Positions 1 to 18,561 of a stretch of DNA of 64,000 nt are shown here, in pieces. The stretch is from Trichoplax adhaerens (lineage: Eukaryota; Animalia; Placozoa). The position numbers and the translations under genes were made by a program. The number at the start of each line of letters is the position of its first letter. Within the stretch, counting starts at the first letter, position 1. The notes below the pieces were generated by a model. The model made no database searches. It had not been told where the DNA came from and worked only from the letters and a program-made list of their open reading frames with translations. The stretch is from positions 992,001 to 1,056,000 of the forward strand of contig NW_002060954.1 of NCBI RefSeq assembly GCF_000150275.1, given 5' to 3'.

Positions 1-45
1 TATCCAGTGATTGTAAAGTTCTGATTTAATCTCTCGATTTTCTAG

Positions 46-143
46 GTAAAAAGCGGCCACCTGGTGTTAAAGGAAGATATAAAATGGTAGATAAAAGACT
101 GAAAAAAGACAAGCGGGCCTCCAATAAAAAAAACAGAAAGTGA
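46..143 (+). CDS. FTSJ3: Last coding exon of pre-rRNA 2'-O-ribose methyltransferase FTSJ3/Spb1 (gene begins before the window)
   Basis: After acceptor ttttctAG (44-45) it reads GKKRPPGVKGRYKMVDKRLKKDKRASNKKNRK-TGA, matching the Spb1 C-terminal motif RP.GV.G..K.VD.R.KKD.RA. Confidence 0.85.
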
Positions 144-1822
144 GCTACCATGAGACCAATAAAGGAGAAAAATCATAGATTAAGTATTTTAGTTCTTGTA
201 GATGCATAAAATGAACGATACAGCTTCCTTAACACTTCCTTAATCAATATTTTGTATTTCAAAATATTCATGCGATCGTTATAGTTCCGCTATGTACAAT
301 ACATGAATAAATCAGATTTATTAACTGCGACAGAAATTTGCAACTAAAATCGAAAACATTACAAATTACATTTACTAAAGCTGTTGCATTATTAATATTA
401 TTACCATACTCAACAACACAAGTTGCGATATTGTTGTACTTATGATACACGTATTTCGTTACATGAATAGATAAAGCCATTATTTTAATGTTTTATGGTT
501 ATTAATCAGAATAATATCATTGCAAAGCTAGATAGGGCAATTATTGTTATTTTTATAACTTTAAACCAAAATGTCATTGAAGTAATTGTGATGGCTACTA
601 TTTACTATCAATATCTGTATTAAACTACATGCTACTAATAAATAGTCTCATTTCATGATATTAATAGCTTAGTAGTGATTGTTATGATTTAGTACTTTAG
701 CTGTAGATACCGTTTGAGGTTATTGTAGATATGTAGACGATTGCCTTGTTACAGTATAAGTAATCATATTATGACCTAGTAGTGTGACCCGTTATAATGC
801 ATAATATATCGGTCGTCTAGTTAGCTAGTATGTGCACTGCATGTCGTATAATTTAACGCAATACTCCCAACCTCAATATATACTAGAGCCAATGCAGCAT
901 TACCAAAGTAATTTTAAAATTTTTATTTTCAGATTAATAGTGTTAAAAGTATACAAACACAACTACTATGCAGCTCAAGGTACTTTAGCATAGTCTCCGC
1001 TTATACTCATAGATTATATATTTATATTAATAATTGTATAATACAAGGTTGCTTGTATATATGTACGTATGCATGCTGCATCCTGTGCATGTCTCCGCAT
1101 TGTCTTTAATATAAAAAGCATACTTTGCGTATATGGCGCAGTCAGTTGCTCTACCTCAGAAAAGTTTCTGAGTTCGAAGGGGAAATTTATCCAAGTCTCT
1201 CCTTCCAGGAACGCTAAGTATAATTAAGTAATTGCATGCACTGTGTGCAGTGCTAACTAACAATCCTCTAATACAGGGCAATGTAAAAGTGTGCGAAATA
1301 GCAAAATAACAGAATGTACTTTGCTATCTTGCTCACCATTTACATACCATTAAAATGATCTCTACCATTCAAAAGGGGATGACACTTCGCTTTACATGTA
1401 CGTATTCAAGAACTTAAGGCCATTTCAGACTGAATCTTTACGGACAGCCGCTAATTTTTGAAACCGTAATGAGTCGAGCCGCGCACAGGGAGTGAGCTAT
1501 AATAATATTAATTCAGAAACAACGCGCAGTCTTCCCAAGACTTATATAATGTCATCTAAACCGATCACGTTGAACTATTGACAGTACCGCTGAATAGTAC
1601 TACATTGCACATTTATCTATGACATCATTTTTGCTAAAGAGCTGTAATGCAGGAAACTAAAATTGTGCGCTGGGATTAGACCTAATGTATTATAGATAGA
1701 GATACAGTATGAAGAAAATATATAAAAAAGAAAGAAATGTGGACAATTTATTCTTACAAGTCTGCCAAATTGGTCAGGTGTAAAATCACCAGCAAAAAAG
1801 AATGTCATCAATCCTGACGTTC

Positions 1823-1980
1823 CTACAGTGTACTGTACAGTGCACTGTTCGTACAGTACAGTACGATACAGAGAGCACCATGTCCACTACAGTACAGTAC
1901 TGTACCGTATACTGTACTGTAGTACAGTACATTTGCTCAGTCACGGTACAGTACAGCACACAGTAGGTGGAAGTACAGTT
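1823..1980. repeat. CAGTA/TACTG pentamer array upstream of USP30
   Basis: Dense mixed-orientation tacag/ctgta units (e.g. ctacagtacagtactgtaccgtatactgtactgtagtacagtac) ending about 110 bp before the USP30 ATG. Confidence 0.85.
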
Positions 1981-2088
1981 ATAACCAACAATCTACGGTA
2001 AAAGGAAATATAGTTGCTCCACGAAGATGGTGGTGGTGCTTAACTGGATTTTCAACCTAAAAAAGATCGATGGTCTCATTAAGAAAGA

Positions 2089-5000
2089 ATGAATAATTGT
2101 TCTATGATAGCCATTAGTGGCGCTGCTGCAGTAGCTGCAGCTATATGCTACATTTTGTTTGGTCCTAAACAGTATAATATAAAGCCGTTAAAAGGAGGTA
2201 AGCGACGCTGTTAAATACCTTACACTGTAATGTTTCGTGATATAACGAATTTCGATACTAGTTTGAAGTTATTGAAATGGATTTAATTTTCTATCCAATA
2301 ATGTATTTTACTGAATATGTTATACTACGTAATTGCTAAAAAATAAATGAATCTGTCTTTCATGTGCAGAAATTGCAAGAAAATTACTTTCTATGCGGGC
2401 TTTTCATACATGATACTGCTGTAGTAGATAGATAATGTGCCGTACATCATGCACTGTACAGTACATTACAGAGACTCTAAAAGGATAAGTGCTATAATTT
2501 TATGCATACGCGTATGTTTGTCTATTCTATTAGGATCTTATCCTGGCCTAGATAATCTTGGCAATACTTGCTTTTTAAACTGCATTCTGCAGGTAAGATA
2601 ATATACTAGCTTCTTCTATTTTATATTTGTTAATGTATGATAAAAATGGATGATATTTTTAATTGCGTAAGTCCTCTACCGAGCACAGACGCGTATTGTA
2701 ATATTGTAGCAGATTACCGTACGTACAGGATAAATAGAAGATACTAACTACCAGGAAGCTGCATCTCCTAAAATCAGTAACCTCTAACCTGCAGTGAATT
2801 CTAACTACTTTTTCATTATATTATTAGTACCATAAAATAATACCTTATCTATTAATGATTAAATACAATGATTTAATGTCAATATGACATCGAATGAAAT
2901 GCTATTAATACTGTATATAAGATTGCTATTGTATATGCTATCTGGAAGTAAACATTGGAGGTCTATGAAATATGATATTTCATTCCTATCCTATCCTGTC
3001 CGGATATACTGTTTTCATTACTAAATATTCTTTTGCTATGCAAAGTTTAAACATGTACTGCGGTTGTTATATACTACTACTGCTGTACGTACATACCTAT
3101 AAATCTACTGCAGTACATACTCTTTATAAAGTATACCAAATTAACACAACAGCCTATTTGCCGTAATGTCTTCCCGTTAACGAAATTATTCTGGAAAGTA
3201 CGAGATTGGATCTAACTCGAAAATGGCATATATCAATCACTATGAGTACTGGAATAGCATACATACAGCACCGGGTGAAATATATGCGGGATACTCTCAG
3301 AGTGATTTGCAATTACTTTTACTACTCTGTCGTATTTACATCTATATAATCCAAACAATTAATCAACACCCAATGTAGTCTGCAGAAGAAGCTTTTAGCG
3401 CCAAAGTCAGCGTAGCAATTGATATATACTTCTCTTTAATATGCTTTGCTTCTAGACATGCTGTTAGCTAAAATACATCCATACAGATTAGCTTATCTTA
3501 ATGGTACTAGTAGAGATTTCGCTTTCGTAGAAACTAGATAGCTATGAACGTAAACGTGTAATCTTGATACATCGGTAATATAATCTATTATTATTATGAA
3601 ATGCATTGCCAGTTTCTCGAATTACTTATTATTTAAATATGCTGTGTATTGGCTTTGATTTTGATGAAGCACATCGAGCATATTTAATTGAATATTAAAA
3701 TGCCACTATTTGGTTTAAAGACTGAGTAGTAATTGCTTTGTTTCTAGAGCCTTGCATCTTTGCCTGCTTTCGTTATTTATCTGAAAAAAATCAATGCCAA
3801 TTCTAATTGTAACAAGCAAAACAAACCCTTAACGAATATACTAGCTGGATTACTTGACGGTTCGATGATAATATAAAGTTTTCTGCAGTTTATTTTATTT
3901 TGTGAATCTACCCAGTAACGGCATTTTATAATGTTACAAAATAGCTTCTGTAACTGAAGGAGATATTCTGATAGTCGAGTGTAATTTGCTACTCTGCAAT
4001 TATACGTAATAATAACGACCGTAGGACTATGTTGTCAAAGTTCAAAGTAACGCTATGTTTTAGTCGAAAAAAATCTTTAGCTTCTAAGATTTCATGATAC
4101 CCCTTACTTGAAATTTAAATCAAAATTTTCAATAACAGTTAGTCTTCATAAATTTATTAATTTTAATCATTAAAAGATAGTAAAAGTACTAACGTTCTGA
4201 ATCGTCTTTATAGAATTAAGTCAAAAACATAGTTATGCTCGATCATTGTCAGCAAGTAGCGTGCTTGAAGTATTATTTAGATACAATTGGATCATATCTT
4301 CAGAACAACATGATGCACATGAAATGTATCATGCCTTGTTGACAACATTGGTAGAAGAAACGGTTAGAGTTCCATGAATATTTGTGTATGAGTAGTTATA
4401 AATAGCTGTGCTTAAAATAGAAAATCTATTTCTTTACGTCATTATTTATTTACTCCGTAGGATTACAATGATAATCTTCACCCAAGTCATGATCTAAATA
4501 ATGCCATTTCAGTAAGTAAAATTATCTTTTAGCAATAAAATTAAGTTAAAGCTTCAACTGCTAAATGAATAATGTTAGCGTTATGATTCTGATCGGATAG
4601 ATATGATTATAATTTAATTTAATTTTGTACACAGTATTGTTCGAACGATGAAATTGATGAAGGTTCGGCACATGCCGCCACACGGACGCACGGTATACCA
4701 TTGACTTCTACGGTACCAGCTTAAATAACAAACCAATGTATTCCACTGTCGATCTAAACTGCATTCTAATAATTAAAGCTCCAGTTCGAACTCTAGACCG
4801 TAAGGGTATTCTAGGAAGCTTTCCATTCCATGGTTTGCTCGCAAGTCAAATGTCATGCTTAAAGTGTCGTCATAAGAATCCAACCCGCTACGACATTTTT
4901 GATAGTATATCGCTGAGCATACCCACTTCGATGCAAAAGGCAAGCTATTCAGATGAGAAAAAATATCTACACTTATTGACACTTTCTAGCGAAATTCTAA

Positions 5001-6546
5001 TTAATAAAATAGTAATTTATTTGCTTCTTGTCTTAGTGCAGTTATTTATATCCGTGTCTTGTTATTTCATGTAATGCGCATACGGTATAGAGTCATCTCA
5101 ATCTTGAATTAGAAGACTGTATTAAAACTTTCTTGATGAAAGAATACATAGATGATGTTATTTGTGATAACTGTTCAAAAGACAACGGAAAAAATGTAAG
5201 TTTATATTTATGTTGTATGCATTGACATCAAATAAAAGATAATAACAAAATTTTTTCGAACAGGGAAAGGCAACTCGGAAAACATTTATGAAGGAAACTT
5301 TTTTCGGAAAGGTAATTTATCTAACTTGAGCTAGAACATACTTTCTGTAAATTCTATGCCAACCTTTTACAATTTCGATTAGTTACCGCAATGTTTATGC
5401 ATACATATTCAACGAATATATTGGAATTCAAGCGGATCCTCATATAAATGTGATAAATTTATACCGTTTCCGCCACTTTTGGACATGACACCATTTACGG
5501 TATTTGATAATTATTCTAATCCTAATGGTATATATCCGAATAAACTGAACTCAATCAGCAATAGTTTGAACGATTCTGCCTCGAATGATAGGTAACTGCC
5601 ATAGATACAACTAAGAATCTAATATTGATCAGTTTCGTAGAATTGAAAATACATGTAGTTGGTGTATCATAGAGATTGAAGTAAATCATACTATTACTTG
5701 ACAGTGATACTAGCATTTATAAATAAAATATACGTAGATTAAAAGTTAAACAAAACGCTTGTAAGTGGAGTCACGATTATAATTCGTGAATGCATTAAAT
5801 GTCTTTGTACGAATTATTAATTCTATTCTATATTATATGCTTGTTATTCATCTAACAAGATATCAGTTGCACGGTGTAGTATGCATTTAACAACGGATAT
5901 TACTAGTCTGTTTCAAGCGAGATAAAGCGGTTTCAGAAAATAGTATACGTTGTTAAAGTATTCACGATAATAAGTTGTACTATATTGGTTTGTAATGTGA
6001 TGTTATGTATATATTATATGTCCATAGATTTTATGTAAGCTAGCTATTTGCGTTTATTGTGCATGTTTATCTACACTAATGAAAGCTTCAACTATCCCTT
6101 TCAACCATGATAATGAACGCTACGCCCTAGACGTGCTTATAGCTATCTACTCGTATACCAGCATTTATCAGTGTTAGGAGTAGCTATCTTAAACTTGCTA
6201 TTGTGATAGCTTCGTGGGCGTTGCACGCATATCCTATCTTCAACTACACTAATTTTGTACATAATTACGGTATGAAATTACAATTCGAATGATAACTCCA
6301 TAATTATGTGACTTTTCATTGCATGTTTTCTCATCGTTACATCGCAGAAAATTTTACCGATACAAGTTGGTTGCGGTAGTATGTCACTTTGGAAGCGATG
6401 GATTCGATGGACATTTCGTTTCCTATCGAACGGATAAGTCTGCTAACAACAGCTGGTATTATATTTCGGATAATGTGGTTAGAACAGCTTTACTTTCGGA
6501 AGTTTTATTAAGCAAAGCATACCTGATCTTTTATGAAAGATTATAA
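2089..6546 (+). CDS. USP30: Ubiquitin carboxyl-terminal hydrolase 30 (mitochondrial outer-membrane deubiquitinase), 11 exons
   Basis: Exons approx 2089-2197, 2534-2592, 3748-3859, 4214-4362, 4461-4511, 4635-4692, 4779-4939, 5091-5195, 5264-5311, 5383-5591, 6348-6546. N-terminal anchor ISGAAAVAAAICYILFGP, Cys box PGLDNLGNTCFLNCILQ, EQHDAHE, PFHGLLASQMSCLKC, LPQCLCIHIQR, His box VVCHFGSDGFDGHFVSYR and WYYISD. Confidence 0.93.
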
Positions 6547-9438
6547 TTAGTGTAAAACACGTATTATAAACGTAATGGATATATTATATAACACAGACGT
6601 ATCAGCTAATACCTTAGCTCAGATTGTAATAGCCTTATTGCGTATTTTAACCTTGAAAACCTATTCGATTATGTTACGGCACATTTTTGCGTCCGCCTAA
6701 TCTCTGTAAAATACGTTGAGAAAAGTCTTTACGATTCAGACGTCGTTTGCATATCCGTACAGTTGACATCGCCATATTAGTGCAATAAGCTTTCTTCCTA
6801 AAACGCATTAATGTAATTGCTAATGCTAAACTTCTGACGATGTCAATTCTGTCTTACTGTTAATCAATGTAAGAATTGTAACAAAGTAAATCGCTTATAT
6901 TTTATATACTGTATGGATGATCACTAATTTACACTCAATGATCTGTTTAAAGATTACTGCAACTATCAAACTAAAATTGCCTATGATAACTTATAAATTA
7001 TTGTAAAATATGATAAACTTCTATTACTATACCATTTGATTCCTTTATTATAATGATACTTATCTATGTTTCATAAACGCAGTATAATGGAAGAGAATGT
7101 GGCGAATACTTTAACTTTTCTTATATACTGCTTGTACTTGTATTGGCTCCGTATCACCAAAATATATATAGGTAGAAATACATAAATATCAAGTTAAGTA
7201 ATAGCTTTACTTGAATATTTTAATTTACCTAGTCAATGCTGTATGTGGGGCAATGTACATAACACATCCGACCGTATCTTCAACATAAACTAACATAGTA
7301 TTATATTATACTATGCATGCTCTCTTGGATCGTAAATAACGACTAGGCGTCATTCTATTGAAATAATTGACAATACTAAGGTAACTTAATCATTTCTATA
7401 AAAGGATACTACTGTACTGCAAAGTAAGGGATAATAATCTGCAAGCGCTTACTCTTTATCATTGTTATCAATAGCATATCGTACGTTACTAGGCTCAGGT
7501 ATATCCAGGGCTTCAGCGTAAATATGATTTTATACTTATTCTGTATGCTCAAAATGTAAATTTCATTGGAACTTTAATGATAGGTAATACATAATAGCAA
7601 TTATGCGAATCATTTATACGTGTAGATGATAAAACCTCTAAAATAAATTGCCTATAAATGAACTAATCTGATCGAAATAGTATTTATTAGGTTATTGAAT
7701 CCGTTACATTCAAACGAACGATTTAATGGCTCTTGATGCCAATCATACACACATTGCGACATTTTATATAAATAAAAACGCTGAAAAAAATTGCTTAGAT
7801 ACCTAGACTCTCTTCGCGAATTTAAACATAGATGCCTCTCCTTATTCATGCACGATAGTCCGACAATTTACCAGCAGTATCTTGGTGGTAAATGCAGCAT
7901 TATTACGGTTACTATAACCCGAATAATTACCAGAGTGATTTTTCATAATTAGCTATTACTAGAAAAGAGGTTTAAGATCAAGGTTACTTTCATAAAAGTT
8001 TTAATTGGCGCTCCCATTAAATAAATAAAGGGACTCTAGGGTGCATGCATATAATGTATAGTAGGATACAAATAGACAACATGAACGTAATATGTACTGT
8101 AGTTAATTACTTTGTGCCTGACTGAAGTAAACCTTTAGGATGAACTACAGTACGGTATTTTATTAACCTTTTCGCTAAGTATTAGAATAATTGCACTGGC
8201 AAATCTTTACACAAAACATCAATATTTTTAGTCATTCTAGCCTTTTTTACGCTTGTACTACAAATCACATTTCCAATAAACACAACCTCATCAAGTATAA
8301 AGAAGTGCCTCTCAAATTACTACCAAAGTAGGACAAATACACCGCTACAGGAAATAATACTAATACCATCGAATAATCTATAGTTGATACTATATAGCCC
8401 GAGGCGGATACTTAGCCTATAACAATATACAGTAGTACATCGGTTTCATTCCTGTATACTATTATGAAGGGCTCTTTAACAAATAGTAAACACTTTCATA
8501 ATATCGCATCAATATTGCTACTTTATATCGAGAAATTCCCATGACATTAAAAATTTGCTTAACATGTTAATAAATGAATAACAGGACATTAAAATATAAG
8601 TTTCTGAAGCTATACACAAGCGCAATATTTATACTTTCTAAACATAAAATAACGTTTGCATTATAATGATACATTTATAAAGGGAAAGAATGTTTGTTAC
8701 CATTGCTAGCCTTTCTACAAAAGCATTACTGAAGAGCTAAACATATTTGAAAATTAGATTTAACAATTGTACTCTATCAAGTCAATAAATGTTTCTTAAA
8801 TCAAAATTTGTAAAATCATTATGCTATAACGTTAATTCTTTGTAAAAATATTTACGGACTTCATATTACTCGTTGATACACACAATCTGTGACATGTTAC
8901 CGAAGTGCTAACATTGAACACAAAGAAACTGCATTCGTAGACCTATTTCACGGTATCGTGGTATAGTAATACTATGCCTTCTTATTTCTATTAAGGAGGT
9001 GTTAATACATGTGCATTAAACCTCGGTATCAACGGCAAAAATGATAAAAAGCTTACAGCGGTAAATACATAATTTGTATATCATAAAGGATACAGTTGGT
9101 AATTAAACACAGTTATAAGCAATCGATCGAAATAGCAACATAATTAGAGATTTAAGTATTAATCATGAAAAGAGCTAATGTGTGATACCAATAAATACGC
9201 ATGATACACGTTAGAGAACCCAAGTCAATAACTGACACTATCTTTATATACGCGCACTTACTACGTACAGTAAAGTGATAGTCAAGATATAATGCAAACG
9301 TTCTGTGCATTCTTACAAATTGCTTTCAAATCCACATAACACTATAACATTAAAAAGATACTAAATATGCACCGAAAAAGACGTTAATATACGTAAAGTT
9401 ATGCCCTTTTGGAATTTCTGATGTTCTACAACATAATT

Positions 9439-9440
<2 letters not shown>

Positions 9441-9470
<30 letters not shown>
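9441..9470. repeat. (ATT)10 microsatellite in the PP1 3' region
   Basis: Perfect ATT run about 150 bp past the PP1 stop; it produces the poly-Ile in ORF 9350..9589. Confidence 0.95.
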
Positions 9471-9472
<2 letters not shown>

Positions 9473-9614
9473 GACATATCTATACCATGATGTACGATTG
9501 CAATTGAGCGTTAATCTAGTGCAGCCATAAAACTGTTCAGTGACAGTAGTATCTGTACATAGAATAATTTGAGGCATTCTATAGTACAACTAATATAGTT
9601 AAAAGTGATAAGCT

Positions 9615-14743
<5,129 letters not shown>

Positions 14744-14924
14744 CTTTTTCGATTTTTAACGTAATTAACAAGATTCTAGCTATGATTAACGAAGATTCAA
14801 GAGCGATACTACCAAGGCGTCGCAAAGAGCCCAAGCTACTGTTGTACAGTAAAAGCGGGTACAATCGAGAAGACGTAAAAGATGGCCACTAGTTATTTTG
14901 ATATTGCCTTTACCGCAATACATA

Positions 14925-16112
14925 CAGTATTGAGTATGGAGCACTGTACAGTGTAGAGTACCATACAAAGCGTGTCATCCGATGCTAGGGTCAACTGCCG
15001 GGTCTTCTGGATTGTACTGTAGTACAGTACTGTAGAGCAGCTGTGCACTGTGCATTGTAGTACTAATTTTCCAAAAAGTCAATTCCTTGTTGAACAGTAT
15101 AGCAGTCTGACCTTGCCATCGTACCCTGCTGTACACTGTCCAGTACTGTACGTGTAAGCGCGTATGTGAAGATAAGAAAAATTCAATTTTTAACGGCTGC
15201 TCAATTTAGTGTACTACAGTACATTACACTGTAGTATAGTACTGTACAGTTGATCAAATTCAAGAACTGACTATATTACTGACTATATTTATTTATTTCT
15301 TCATTTATTTATTTATTTATTCATCATTTATGATTCTATTTCTGGTGGAACCGTCTCTCACGATATTCTTCGTGTACTATACTAGTAGTTTTTACTGTCC
15401 ATTGAATCATTTTCATGCATTCAAGTCCTCGATCACCTACAGTACAGTACCTGAAACTGACTGCAGCATTCATCGCTACTGCACACTATACTGTACTCTA
15501 CAGTATTAACGGATCTGATCAGCCAAACCGTACAGTACAGTACTGTACACTGTACGTACAGTATACTGTAGTACTGACGATATGCAGCATATCGACAGTA
15601 CAGTACAGTGTACAGTACAGTACAGCATGTTTACTGTACATTCGCTTTAGATTATAAGAATTCTATTTAAATGCTATTATCAATATCAAAACTGTATCGA
15701 TTTTATACCAGCATGTAGCTAATGAGCTAAAGATTCTATATTAGTTACTCTACCAGCACATATAATATTAAGTCATTTTAATTGCAATGAAGGAAGTCGA
15801 TTTTTTACATCGAAATTCTAAAACGAAGTTAAACATGCTGTACAGTACAGTACACAAATTATTACTGTACTGTACTGTACTGTAGACTGTAGACTGTAGT
15901 AGTGACGATATGCAGCATATCGACTGTACAGTGTACAGTACAGTGTACTGTACACTGTACAGTATAGTACTGTGCTGTACTGTACACAAATTACTACTTT
16001 ACAGTAACTGTATGCTGTACTGTACAGTGTACACTGTACAGTACTGTACACAAGTTACCGTACTGGATATGGTGTTTTCCTTACAGTACAGTACTGTACT
16101 GTATTGTACTGT
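14925..16112. repeat. CAGTA/TACTG pentamer arrays in the PP1/PRKRIP1 head-to-head promoter region
   Basis: Blocks at about 14925-15250, 15435-15640 and 15838-16112. They include a duplicated 22-mer, an inverted repeat, and a (TTTA)n-like tract at about 15285-15330. Confidence 0.9.
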
Positions 16113-16187
16113 ATGGTTAACTATAAATGTTCGATACCTTGCACTGATTATGCGACTACGATTCCATCATTCTTCAGCGAAACCATC

Positions 16188-18561
16188 ATGGCCACTAAAC
16201 AAGACGAGAAGGCCAGCAATAAACCAGATAAAACCGTGATTGTCCCTAAGAACTGCGCGCAAGTACAAAAGATTCATCTTGATAGACTAATGAAGAATGT
16301 GGTAAGAAACTTTTAAGATTCAGAATTTTACACTTGTGTGTGCACACTTGGCAGCAGCATGAAACATCCAAAGTCCTGCACGAGAATCCATCTAAAGTCA
16401 ATGACTGCTTAATTTAAACTGACAAATTACTGCCAACCAAGACTAGCTGAACGTTAAGTCCATAACCGTAAAAAACTATACAAGTATACAGGGCATCTAG
16501 CTGCTACTTCATAAACCCAACGTTATATAACTTTCAATTGATAAGCCATACTGTATTCGTACCTATTAACTGTTACGAAATTATTTCACGTCTTATGTAA
16601 GAATGGATAAAATTAACATTCTTCCTCATCACAAATTTCGCTTTTAATCAAACTATTCTTTGCTGTAGAAACATTATACTGACATACTATACAACTGTTG
16701 GCTTTGATAGGATCGACCTATTCACATTCCCAAAGTGAATCAAGAGAAAGCATCGCCACTACCTCCCGAATTTGTCCGAGAAATTATGGGTTAGTTTCAA
16801 AGCTCGTTAGCTTTTTGCATTCCGATAAACGTAAATACATTACATGTACATCATAATATCGTAAGTAATATAATGTACCAATGTGTGCACACATTTACTC
16901 TAGTATTTATATATTGCTGATCATGAAAATAAACCACAATTTTTGCTATCGTCCGCTCAATACTTGTAAACCTTTAACCAATTCTTATAGATTAATTATT
17001 AAGCCGCTGTGATGATTCTTTTAGTTTAGTAAATAGCAACATTCACAGTTACTTACGCTTCATTTTTAGGCTCAAGTGCAGGAGCTGGAAGTGGCGAATT
17101 TCATGTCTATAGAGGTAGTAGGAGGAGAGAGTATAATCGCTTACGACTCATTGAAGAACAAGCGAAAAAGGTAAGGTAACACTCGTACAGTATACGTAAG
17201 AAAATCAACTCTTCAATCTTCATCATCCAATCAATATAACAGCTCATACTGTACTAATATTACTTCGAATCCAATTACTGATATCCTTTATACTAAATGC
17301 ATTGATCGTTTTTATATAAATTGTTTACTTGAGCATTGCAATTCTCAAGTCTACCCAAAGTATTATATTACATAGATTTACTATTGCAGCAATAATTGAG
17401 ATAAATGGGGAACGAATACATGACTGCATGTTAATAAACAACAAATTACATAAGTACACTACTTAATACTCATTAATTGCTGCTGCTACTCACTACTCAG
17501 TATACTGTACAATATCAGAAGCAAAATTTACATAATCCGAAACCAATTATAAACATATATTTGGTAATTATATGTAAACGTCGAAAGAAACATCTAGATG
17601 ATGAGTCACGACCGACAATAGTAGTCATCTATCCCTCCTAATTTGCTAAAATTATTAGACGAAACATAAAATCCTCATAAAAGGTACGTATATCGCGCTA
17701 TGATAAATGCATCGGTGCATCAGTTTAATTGCTGATGAACGAAAAGGTTAGCAATTTACAAGCCTACAGTATATGTTTTACTGTATACTAAACAATATGA
17801 AATAGTCTATACAGTATTAAACGTAGACCCCGCCAATGTGACACTCTAAGATTCGCATGAAAAATGATTCAGATGCAAAAACCGTAGAGTAGTACCGATA
17901 CATCGAACTAAAATGATGTTTTTCTTAATGGATAAGGATGAATCCAATCAAGAACTTCAAAGAAAGATAGAAAGTGATCGAAAGGAAACCGAAGAACGGA
18001 CAGCCAAAAAGCGTAATAAAAGGTGCTATCTTACATCATTAGGAGCATTTGTACGACGAAGCTTACATACAATCAGTTGCTTTAGGTTGATTACTGCCAG
18101 TACATGTAGAATCATTGCAGATGTTACAAATTTTATAATGTACATACGTATATGCATCTTGCCCTTGTCTTAATGCTGACGAAACTATCGTGATATTGCA
18201 TTAGATGTTTCCTGTATCAGATGTATGAGATATCACGCATTATTTAGTATGCAATACAGACAATATATTTTAAACTATAACAATGTGCTTATTATATAAA
18301 TACTCTACAGATTACGTAAAAAGCAGAAGCAACTCGAGCATAAAAAAAGAAATACTGGTAAAAACTAAATTTATTCTCTAATATCTTACAATTTCAGTGC
18401 AATTTAGATATACAGTAACAACTTTGTACTCATGATATTTCTTCTTAGGAGCCGCAACGATGAAAGAGGATATGAAAAGTAATGACCGTGATGAAGATAA
18501 TAGTGACTCTGTAGAGACCCAACAAGTAGAAGAAAATTCTTTTATAATAGGAGGAAGATAA
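16188..18561 (+). CDS. PRKRIP1: PRKR-interacting protein 1 homolog (spliceosome C* factor), 6 exons
   Basis: Exons start near 16188, 16711, 17070, 17937, 18311 and 18449. Signature [31 protein letters not shown] and [11 protein letters not shown]; ends SFIIGGR-TAA. Confidence 0.93.

Noticed and set aside
9350-9589. ORF with a poly-Ile hydrophobic stretch
   Set aside because: Produced by the (ATT)10 microsatellite in the PP1 3' region.
15540-16110. CRISPR-like appearance (repeated palindromic 22-mer)
   Set aside because: Only two copies 328 bp apart, no regular unique spacers, no cas genes, eukaryotic context.
15415-16239. Overlapping YSTV/CTVL-rich ORFs on both strands
   Set aside because: They are translations of the CAGTA/TACTG array, which is stop-poor in several frames. 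Only 16188 onward is real coding sequence (PRKRIP1).
17281-17290. ATATCCTTT, resembling a U12-type 5' splice site
   Set aside because: It lies inside PRKRIP1 intron 3, whose ends are normal GT-AG, and no exon ends there.
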